From NCBI GenBank assembly GCA_965116925.1, contig OZ220744.1, forward strand, positions 2,848,001 to 2,912,000: DNA of 64,000 nucleotides, written 5' to 3'. Source of the stretch: Candidatus Poribacteria bacterium. GTDB lineage: Bacteria > Poribacteria > WGA-4E > PCPOR2b. The position numbers were made by a program, and so were the translations under genes. Below, piece by piece: positions 57,401-64,000 of the stretch. The notes under the pieces are model-generated. The model was not told where the DNA came from and did no database searches. It saw nothing but the letters and a program-made list of their open reading frames with translations. How positions within the stretch are numbered: position 1 is the first letter of the stretch; each line of letters starts with the position of its first letter.

Positions 57401-60400
57401 AACATTACTCCGAAAAGAGAAAAGCGGAATTATCGCCATGTTGAGTGCCACGCGCCTGACCTATGGCAGCGGTAACGATACACTCAATAATATCATTTTC
57501 GATATGATTTTCCAGCGAAACATACGGCAACTCGGACCAATCAGCTTCGACTCAAAGATCGAACAGTTAATAGAGGATGGACGCGGACAACTCAATGTCA
57601 TGCTTGAGTATACGCTCTTCGGTGATCCGGCGATGAACCTCGCTATGGCGGATTATGAGGTTGAGACGGAGGTTGAAACGCAAACCGTTGCAGCCGGACA
57701 ATTTCTCAAAATCTCCCCGGGGCAGATTGGCGAAGTTACCTACGACCCTGCAATTAAGGGGAAAAGGTTTACGCCAATTTCAAACTTTAATGGACGGATC
57801 TATGCAAAAGCAGTTTTTCCCGGTACTTATTCAACCGTTGAGGGAGAAGAAGAACTCTTGAGGGTATACTCAGGTGGTGTTCCTGTCACTCAAGAAACAA
57901 CCGTAGTGAACGGCAAATTCCCCAGACTTTCCATCCCTGTCCCCAAAGGAATTAGTGCAGGTGAGGGCCATGTTGAATTTTATGCTGAGAGTCCGACCCA
58001 TATTGCTGCCAGTGGACGTTCATTTACCGTGCTTGTACCGAAGATTCTCGATATACAACCAGAACTCGTCGCCGGCAGTCCGGGGGTTGAGCCTTCTCAA
58101 TTCCATATATCTACACAGGTTTCCGATGAACTGAGCGAGCAAGGTATCAAATCAGTTATCCTAGAGTGGCAAGACCCAGTGAAGCGGGAATCGTTTGAAG
58201 AAATAATGATACGGGATACATCACGGGGCAACGGTTGGTATATAACTCCCAAGCCATTACCCCTACCAGCCAACCGAGCCGGCATCCGATATGAGATTAT
58301 AGTTGTTGACATTGACAGCCGACATGTCACTTCCGGACGGCGGACATACCGTCCATTTGTATTCCCTGACGTGCGAGTTACGCCCGGACTAGGATTTTCG
58401 GATCCGTTAATCTACTACGGCTATTCTCGCAAAGATGGTGCTTGGACGATTAACGCAGATATTGAACAGATTGAAGATATCGAACTAAAAGAGAATCTAG
58501 AGGTCGCTTTTTTTGAAGGCAATCCCGATCGCGATAGGGATGGCGTTGTTGATGCTGGTGCAAAGCTGCTTGGCAGAACGCAGATCTCCCCCAGCGCATG
58601 GCAGCGCAGAGATCCGGTAGAACCCCACAAAAATTCACTCAAAACCGAAGGTGAAACCGATAGTCTGCTCCGTCCCCGTGCTTTCAGGGATAGACCGCTT
58701 AACACCAACTGGATTGCAACAGCAACCCTTAAACATGAATTGTCGATCGGCAATCACGAGGTTTTCGTTTTTGTTGATCCCGCCTTCAATTCCACCGAAA
58801 TGCCTTATGGAAAACTGCGTGAAGGCGATGAGAAAGACAATATTACATCGCGCCTTATTCCAGTTCAGAGCCTCCTCATCGGTCAAAGAGATCAACATAT
58901 TTTTAGTCAAGATGCAACAATCAATTTCCACATACCCGCTCACGCTGTTCCGCAACTCGCTGTTTTGACAATCACGCCACTGAATAGCCAACAGCAGCCT
59001 AAACCGGTCAATCCATCGAGGCTTATTCCGGTTGCGCTGCCAAACGGGGAGGACACAGCAGCTTACAGTGCAGTGCTGGACATAACGTCTCTGAATCAAA
59101 AGCTGCTGCAACAACCAATAACAGTGGAACTACGATTCGATCGACTGGCACTGCAAGAAACAATTAAGGACGAGTTAGGATTAGAAGAAATCTCAGATCC
59201 GGCTCCCGACCAGATCGTGACGATTGATGAAGGGGCAGAGGCAGTCGCACAGGAAATTGGCATGTATCTGTGGGTAGACGCGCTAAAAAACTGGGTTCAG
59301 CTTGATTCAGAATTAGTGACATCGTCTGACGGATTGATGCAAACCCAATCCACGCTCGCAAACATCAGTGCATCGAATTACAGCGATGGTGAAATCCACA
59401 CAGTTAGAATTGAGCCAACCGCCGCACGGGTCGGCAAGTGGGTGCTGCTGTTTACGTCGTCCCACACTTACCGTCTGCTAATCAGCGAAGAGGAAAAACC
59501 ACTTGAACTTATTGATCCAAATCGGTTTGTGGATCCATCTGCCCAAGCACCAAGTATATTCAGCGACAGCGTTGCCATCGGAATAGAGTTAGGCGAGAAT
59601 GAGTTCCAGTTTGGAGATGTCCTCACTTTTCGAATATTTGGCAGCGGGTCCGGTGACTCCGATCCAACATTCTTTGCCTCATCCTTCCGCGAGGAAAATA
59701 TTGGGAGGGGCAGAATCCAATATATTCATCTTGAGGAAAATTCGTCGATACCACTAGATCAGTGGGTTATTCTGTTCACTGATTCGGAACACTTCCAGAT
59801 TGAAGGAAAAAAGAATGGTCCCCTCTCACGGAACGGTCAACCCATACGCGGTAAAGTTGGTAGCGAATTCGTTTATCCTGAATTCGGTCTACGCCTTAAG
59901 ATATCAGCCGGTGACCGAGAATTTGAAACAGGCGATAGCTTCCGGTTCAGTACAAAAGAGACTGGACGCATCCGCGCTGAAGTCCCGATGCTTGGCACGT
60001 TGACACTGATGCAAAGTAACGATACCATTCCCCCCGATCTCCAGCTGACAGTTGGCAAACAGAATTTTATTGATGGCGATCCAGTTTCCTCAGAACCGTT
60101 CATCCAAGCGACACTTACGGACGACAACGGCATTGATTACATTACCCGGCCCGTCCATCTGGAAATCAGCCGGGATAATCAGCAATTCACGTCAATCTCA
60201 GAGGCGGAATATCGACTGAGCAACGTTTCAGGGTCTAATCAGGTCAGTTTGAATTATCAATCGCCTGAGCTCGAACCGGGAACGTATCGAGTCCGCCTGA
60301 GCGCGAGCGATCTTGAGGGAAACAAATCTGAGGAAGAGATTGAATTCCGTATCCACAAAATCCTCCAGCTGCTCAAAGCGATGAACTACCCTAACCCATT

Positions 60401-60656
60401 CGGCGATGAAACCGTAATCACCTGTGAGTTGACTGGCGCCGCCGATGAAATGACGGTTAAAATTTACAGCTTGTCGGGGCGGTTAGTCCGTGAGTTTACC
60501 GAACCAGCACGGGCAGGATTCACGATGATACCTTGGGATGGGCAGGATAGAGATGGTGATGAAGTAGCAAACGGTGTGTACTACTGCAAGATTCGCGTTA
60601 AAATGGCGGGAGAGCAGGATTTGACCGAATACATCAAGATGATGAAGTTAAAGTAG
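54402..60656 (+). CDS. PorU/gingipain-like C25 cysteine peptidase with propeptide and C-terminal YPNPF domain
   Basis: G.PQLP propeptide; KI.VDKTGIYRL, GADYLII, IYDIFSNG...P.AIK.FL, MGDG.YD, IGRL, YAGHG (His), LSCYNG (Cys), LFGDPA; NYPNPF...WDG.D.DG..VANGVY. Confidence 0.88.
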   Translation: MNRLSQHISDSTMLNRWGSYVFCFTLYALCCFHLFDTWTLDARANTNAITDRNGITVEFNLPKLEVSTVKRNGIRYQAVSFEGSGFTNEAGNPQLPVSRVTLGVPPNVKFRVEILHTTTETRSGYRIPPVPHRVPKPRSESSASFSNPENFQTLEEEWREDGPAYRSNNNYPKTAAQVVYDGYIRSQRLLYLELRPVQYQPKSRMLRIHSRMTVRVRFIHQGSDNRFQSTSTSSSQFTIAEPASFERMYQNFLLNYNEAKHWRVRTTGTAAAPGALDSNRSIGAGPAVQEQTNGERYKILVDKTGIYRLTSDDLRQKWGIDLSGIDPRRLHLRTNGREVPVYIYGEEDGRFDRGDFIEFLGIDAKSRYTKWNVYWLGAERTRGARVSEIHASPDDPTAKLVPSFRSKLYFEEDHFHNNLRHVEPRNVSPDDKHGWFEALDFWYWTGVKNLADENEVDLEFPLYDLTQSFDPPSIRVTLQGGTPTNHEALVSINNIRIDEVKWPDQDVVTVDKNLRVWNNLRDATQGEKNVITLARIDTTEEENTLAFPHHIYINSFEVEYTRLLKAVNDSLEFTTPATTDPYNARRQRRLEYTVQTFLSPDVAIFEHDGEVLVSKFHNLKIERVDLGRVERNRLREIYRINAEADGTSQPSLQDIPRVAYNATFQVRDAHDGKYIAASSAGVRQPVRVEVAMPSDLLSSSNGADYLIISHPVFLEPSKRLARWRATPKGGGYRTKVVDVTQIYDIFSNGMVNPQAIKDFLTYAYKNWQSPALSYVTIMGDGTYDHRGIDKEVYPEPPELTGYIPTHYIWTISFGKTSVDHWYTTVNGIDELPDFYIGRLSVETLEQAETVVEKLINYEDKRPNGDWRRRIISVADDEINNSGDEIFKRSLTALAKKQTLLGYENVPIYLEDVKDMVEANKAAYPELPQRVAKDMIIDAMSDGAVIAQYAGHGGRIVWAHEAIFDNRAIGQVSETDHLPFMLVLSCYNGYFDAPGEPSMAETLLRKEKSGIIAMLSATRLTYGSGNDTLNNIIFDMIFQRNIRQLGPISFDSKIEQLIEDGRGQLNVMLEYTLFGDPAMNLAMADYEVETEVETQTVAAGQFLKISPGQIGEVTYDPAIKGKRFTPISNFNGRIYAKAVFPGTYSTVEGEEELLRVYSGGVPVTQETTVVNGKFPRLSIPVPKGISAGEGHVEFYAESPTHIAASGRSFTVLVPKILDIQPELVAGSPGVEPSQFHISTQVSDELSEQGIKSVILEWQDPVKRESFEEIMIRDTSRGNGWYITPKPLPLPANRAGIRYEIIVVDIDSRHVTSGRRTYRPFVFPDVRVTPGLGFSDPLIYYGYSRKDGAWTINADIEQIEDIELKENLEVAFFEGNPDRDRDGVVDAGAKLLGRTQISPSAWQRRDPVEPHKNSLKTEGETDSLLRPRAFRDRPLNTNWIATATLKHELSIGNHEVFVFVDPAFNSTEMPYGKLREGDEKDNITSRLIPVQSLLIGQRDQHIFSQDATINFHIPAHAVPQLAVLTITPLNSQQQPKPVNPSRLIPVALPNGEDTAAYSAVLDITSLNQKLLQQPITVELRFDRLALQETIKDELGLEEISDPAPDQIVTIDEGAEAVAQEIGMYLWVDALKNWVQLDSELVTSSDGLMQTQSTLANISASNYSDGEIHTVRIEPTAARVGKWVLLFTSSHTYRLLISEEEKPLELIDPNRFVDPSAQAPSIFSDSVAIGIELGENEFQFGDVLTFRIFGSGSGDSDPTFFASSFREENIGRGRIQYIHLEENSSIPLDQWVILFTDSEHFQIEGKKNGPLSRNGQPIRGKVGSEFVYPEFGLRLKISAGDREFETGDSFRFSTKETGRIRAEVPMLGTLTLMQSNDTIPPDLQLTVGKQNFIDGDPVSSEPFIQATLTDDNGIDYITRPVHLEISRDNQQFTSISEAEYRLSNVSGSNQVSLNYQSPELEPGTYRVRLSASDLEGNKSEEEIEFRIHKILQLLKAMNYPNPFGDETVITCELTGAADEMTVKIYSLSGRLVREFTEPARAGFTMIPWDGQDRDGDEVANGVYYCKIRVKMAGEQDLTEYIKMMKLK

Positions 60657-60667
60657 AGCGAGACGAA

Positions 60668-61981
60668 ATGATGGCGAGAAAACTAGAAAACCAGAAAACC
60701 AGAAAACAAGCAGATTTTAACATAAAGGTGCCCAGGCGCAAAGAAGCAAAGAAGAATTTCTACTGTTTTCCTCCGTGTCTTCGCGTCCTTGCATCGTTGC
60801 GTTCCTTTTCTTCCCGTTTTCATGTTTCACGTTTCACGTTTCACGTTTCATTGCTTTCCTCTGCGTTCTCCGCGTCTCTGCGGTTAATTTTCTCCCGTTT
60901 TCCCGTTTTCTCGTTTTCTCGTTTTCTGCTTTGCGTTGTCCTCTGCTGCCACACCGTTGCCTACGGTGCGGAAAAGTATGCCGGCGATTTTTTAACACTC
61001 GGCGTCGGAGCACGACCATTGGGGATGGGAGGCAGTTTTGCAGCCATCGCCGATGATTCTACCGCGGCTTATTGGAATCCGGCTGGACTTGGGCGTTTGC
61101 GCCATTCCGAAGCAGCTTTTATGCACTCAAGCCTTGGCGAATTGGATAGTTACGATTTTGTCAACTATGTTCACCCAATCGGCGGGGCTGCATCCCTTGG
61201 ATTAAGTTGGCTACGGGTGGGGATTGACGATATCCCAATCACGCAACTGCCACGTCCCGGGAATCCGGTCAGCCCAGCCAATCGTCCTAGACAGGTCGAC
61301 ACGTTTAGCAGCACCGACAATGCCTTCTTCCTATCCTACGGCAGGCAGATCGGGCTTAATCTAGGATCAAAGCGATTGAACATGTTCCTCGGTGGCAACG
61401 CTAAATTAATCTACATCACTGCGCTGGGCAACACAAACGCGCTTGGCGTCGGTGGGGATCTAGGCTGGCTCTGGACAACCCCGCCTGAACGATCTCGTCA
61501 ATTGTCGATCGGTATCGTCGCACAGGACTTTTTCAGGACGAAGTTATACTGGAATACACCCCCTGAAAATCCGGGTGAAGCGTCTAATACAGACACGATT
61601 GAGCCCAACCTGAAAATCGGTTTCTCTTACAGACAATCGATCAAACCGTTGAAAAGCCATTTGTTATTGACATTTGATACCGATAGCTTATACTCTTTTG
61701 AGATGCACTACGGTGCGGAGTACGTTTTCGCAGAACTCTTGTCGTTACGGATTGGTATCCAAGAGCGGAAAGGCATCAATACAATCCGTTTAATGACGGC
61801 TGGGGCAGGGTTACGACTTTCGTTTTTAACCGGTGCTGCGTTCTCCGTAGATTACGCTTTCTTGAACAACAGCGAGCTGGGAAATAGCAATCGAATCTCT
61901 TTGATGACATCGAATCTCTTTGATGACACGGTTCTGATTTATTATACCGCGTTCTTACACTCCGATCAACCAATGGACTAA
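60668..61981 (+). CDS. PorV/PorQ-like outer-membrane beta-barrel; C-terminus frameshifted by a 19-bp duplication
   Basis: FL.LGVGARPLGMG, D.TAAYWNPAGL, G.EY, LRIG, VDYAF...LG...RISL. Confidence 0.82.
   Translation: MMARKLENQKTRKQADFNIKVPRRKEAKKNFYCFPPCLRVLASLRSFSSRFHVSRFTFHVSLLSSAFSASLRLIFSRFPVFSFSRFLLCVVLCCHTVAYGAEKYAGDFLTLGVGARPLGMGGSFAAIADDSTAAYWNPAGLGRLRHSEAAFMHSSLGELDSYDFVNYVHPIGGAASLGLSWLRVGIDDIPITQLPRPGNPVSPANRPRQVDTFSSTDNAFFLSYGRQIGLNLGSKRLNMFLGGNAKLIYITALGNTNALGVGGDLGWLWTTPPERSRQLSIGIVAQDFFRTKLYWNTPPENPGEASNTDTIEPNLKIGFSYRQSIKPLKSHLLLTFDTDSLYSFEMHYGAEYVFAELLSLRIGIQERKGINTIRLMTAGAGLRLSFLTGAAFSVDYAFLNNSELGNSNRISLMTSNLFDDTVLIYYTAFLHSDQPMD
61890..61927 (+). repeat. Perfect 19-bp tandem duplication ATCGAATCTCTTTGATGAC
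   Basis: 61890-61908 and 61909-61927 are identical. Confidence 0.95.
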
Positions 61982-61988
61982 TGAACCA

Positions 61989-62738
61989 ATGAACCAACAA
62001 AATGCCCTCATCTTTTTCCTACTTTTCGCCCTTATTCTCGGTACGGCTATATCTGTTCCAACCCACTCCAATGAGAATGATGATAGTGATCTTTTCACCT
62101 TTGTAAGGTTAAGGTACACCGGAAACAGTTGGTACGGTAACGGTTGGGATGTCGATTTGCCTGCCTCTGATAGAAATTTTATCCGAAAACTCGCCCAAGC
62201 AACAGACATGCCCGTTGTCCAGCGCGAAAAGATTATCTCTGTCGGGTCCCCAGAACTTTTCAACTACCCCTTTGCTTACATCTTGGAAGTTGGTACGCTT
62301 AACCTGACCAATGCAGAAGCGGCAAACCTCCGTGAGTATCTACTTCGCGGCGGCTTTATCATGGTTGACGACTTCCACGGCGGGGCGGAATGGCACCATT
62401 TTTATCGCCAACTCAAGAAAATTTTCCCAGAACGCGAACCCGAAGACATCCCCATCACCCACCCGCTATTCCACTGTTTTTTCGATATCGACCAACTCCG
62501 TCAGATCCCCGGTCTGAGATCCATATTCAACGGACGTACCTACGAGCGGCGCGACGGCTATCCTGCCTATTGTCGGGGTGTTTATGATGACCACGGACGT
62601 CTAATGATGATGATTAATTTCAATACGGATTTGGGAGATGCATGGGAACATGCAGCGGAAGGTTTTTATCCACGCGAGTACTCGGATTGGGCGTACCGTC
62701 TGGGAATCAACGCTGTGGTTTACGCATTGACGCATTAG
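61989..62738 (+). CDS. DUF4159-like exported protein
   Basis: Signal peptide; FVRLRY, W..D.P.SD.N, LF.YPF, LREYL.RGGF..VDDF, DLGDAWE, LG.N..VYALTH. Confidence 0.82.
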   Translation: MNQQNALIFFLLFALILGTAISVPTHSNENDDSDLFTFVRLRYTGNSWYGNGWDVDLPASDRNFIRKLAQATDMPVVQREKIISVGSPELFNYPFAYILEVGTLNLTNAEAANLREYLLRGGFIMVDDFHGGAEWHHFYRQLKKIFPEREPEDIPITHPLFHCFFDIDQLRQIPGLRSIFNGRTYERRDGYPAYCRGVYDDHGRLMMMINFNTDLGDAWEHAAEGFYPREYSDWAYRLGINAVVYALTH

Positions 62739-62751
62739 CGTAAAATCTCGC

Positions 62752-62907
62752 CACTCATGTTAAGAATGAGTGCAACAGCACCGACTTGCCTCAAAAACCG
62801 TAGGTGCTCCAGTCCGCCTACCTGCTCTCGGCACGGACGGGGATCCTCTCGGACTTGTCCCGCTCTCAACGCCTTCACCATAATTGCACTCCGTTTTTAC
62901 ATGAGCC
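62752..62907. mobile_element. MITE of the same family as 4501-4632, with a different core
   Basis: CTCATGTTAAGAATGAGTGCAA...TTGCACTCCGTTTTTACATGAGCC; no target duplication visible. Confidence 0.7.
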
Positions 62908-62952
62908 TCCTTTTTTTAAGAATGTCCGATAACCGAGTTTATCAGACTTCTT

Positions 62953-63309
62953 TCACTCCCCCTCGCCGCCCCGCAGGTTGACGATCGCTTCGTTTTCGGT
63001 GTTGAAGTGTTGGAACATCGTGATCGGCTTCACCTTGACGAAGATGCTGCTGATGCTGTGACTGAGGTCGACCACGCCGGCTTGTCCGCCCCGTTGTGCG
63101 ATTGATACGTGCAACCCCGCCAACGCGCCGATCCCGACGCTGTCTATCCGGGGTATATGGCTGAAATCAAACAAAAAGTTGGGCGATTCTGGGATACCCG
63201 CCATTTCGTTGAGAATGGCGCGTTTGAACTGAGTGCTCGCCGGTCCGATGATGCGTCCGACTGGACGGACGATGACAACGCCGTCTTTTGTGCCGGTCTA
63301 TATTTTCAT
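62953..63309 (-). pseudogene. STAS-domain anti-sigma-factor antagonist with in-frame TAG at codon 4
   Basis: GGGAGG SD, ATG AAA ATA TAG ACC...; continues DGVVIVRPVGRI...FDFSHIPRIDSVGIGAL (DS phosphoacceptor motif). Confidence 0.75.
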
Positions 63310-63801
63310 ATCCGCCTCCCGCTATGCTAGAACTGCCCGAAGACAAAGGAGGCAATCGCAAGAAATGCCTTGTATGTTGTCCGGATAGGCATATGACCCG
63401 AACAGGCACAGCGAGCGACAGATCGGGCAGCCATAACCTCATGAAGTTGTATAAAAGGATTCGCTTTCCGTCCTTTCCATACCCCGGCGCGGGTGTGCGG
63501 CAGGCATCACCGAGCAGTGAAGTCGCCTCCTGCCGCTGGAAAGGATATGTATAGGGTAGCAGCCATAAAAAAGGGTTGTCAACACAAAAAAGGGGCGGGC
63601 GGAGATGGGGTGATGCGTCTGTTATCCACCTTAAAAAGTAAAAAAAGTTGTGTCTAACTCGTGTCCAGAGGATTTTGGCTATCAGCATGAAATCGCCCCC
63701 GTAGGGACCTATCGGGCGGCGATTCCTTATAATTTTTCGGTTTACCGGGCAAAAATGCTACAGGTCACCTTACGGCTGAGCAAAGCCTGATTGACTCTCA
63801 C

Positions 63802-64000
63802 CTATTGTGAGTGATGCTGATTCAAGTGTTCAATGTGATTCTGGTTGAGTTGTCTCATTTCCGAGCGCACTTCAGCTATTTCAGCGTTCATATCAGAAAG
63901 CCGTTGATTCATCTCGGACCGCAAGCCGTCGATTCGCTGGTTGGTTTCACCAATTCGCTGGTTGGTTTCACCAATTCGCTGATTAGTTTCACCAATTCGC
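63802..64000 (-). CDS. 3' end of a coiled-coil protein with RIGETNQ heptad repeats (truncated by the window edge)
   Basis: 21-bp tandem repeats at ~63933-64000 read (RIGETNQ)3 RIDGLRSEMNQRLSDMNAEIAEVRSEMRQLNQNHIEHL...TAG. Confidence 0.7.
   Translation of the reverse strand, partial: RIGETNQRIGETNQRIGETNQRIDGLRSEMNQRLSDMNAEIAEVRSEMRQLNQNHIEHLNQHHSQ

Noticed and set aside
62735..62910. Minus-strand pseudogene starting GGAGG-ATG-TAA
   Set aside because: The sequence is the end of the CTCATG-type MITE
63298..63300. Genome-wide TAG reassignment
   Set aside because: TAG ends several complete genes here (e.g. 4725, 12764, 14187, 24977, 60656)
609..63688. Numerous short antisense or overlapping ORFs in the track
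   Set aside because: Shadow frames of well-supported genes or repeat-derived; no motifs or RBS support
63745..63790. c-di-GMP-I riboswitch (GGCAAA...GCAAAGCC)
   Set aside because: No GNRA-capped P2 stem or proper pairing, and no downstream gene on that strand

Overview
Bacterial chromosomal segment of roughly 50% GC (estimated by eye). The gene repertoire resembles Candidatus Poribacteria-type sponge symbionts (inference only): PhyH, Gfo/Idh/MocA and enolase-superfamily paralogs, an FGE-sulfatase lipoprotein, a CotH/LTD protein, and an LRR-cohesin-dockerin protein with a YPNPFN C-terminal domain. Layout: (1) 0.5-9.2 kb, sugar-acid-type catabolic cluster divergent from an SgrR-like HTH + SBP5 regulator; (2) 11.5-28.5 kb, mixed accessory and metabolic genes, including a split heterodimeric ABC exporter; (3) 28.5-36.5 kb, housekeeping run tRNA-Gly, FmdB, TPR, mutS2, dnaG, rpoD, tRNA(CAT), tRNA-Val; (4) 36.6-46.2 kb, two Rpn/YhgA genes each with an internal SD+ATG for a small C-terminal protein, plus a 1450-aa diheme-LRR-cohesin-dockerin-CTD protein; (5) 47-62.7 kb, Ski2-like helicase, GNAT, two HEAT lipoproteins, metallophosphoesterase and a PorU-like C25 peptidase / PorV-like barrel pair (T9SS-like sorting module). 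Intergenic DNA is dense with GTAG-type REP hairpins nested in several MITE-like shells, and repeats also occur in frame inside coding sequence. Lesions seen: a 19-bp duplication that removes the terminal Phe of the PorV-like barrel, an amber codon at position 4 of a STAS gene, and a probable ATC start (or 1-nt frameshift) in an ABC gene. No CRISPR array, rRNA, integrase or DDE transposase was seen.
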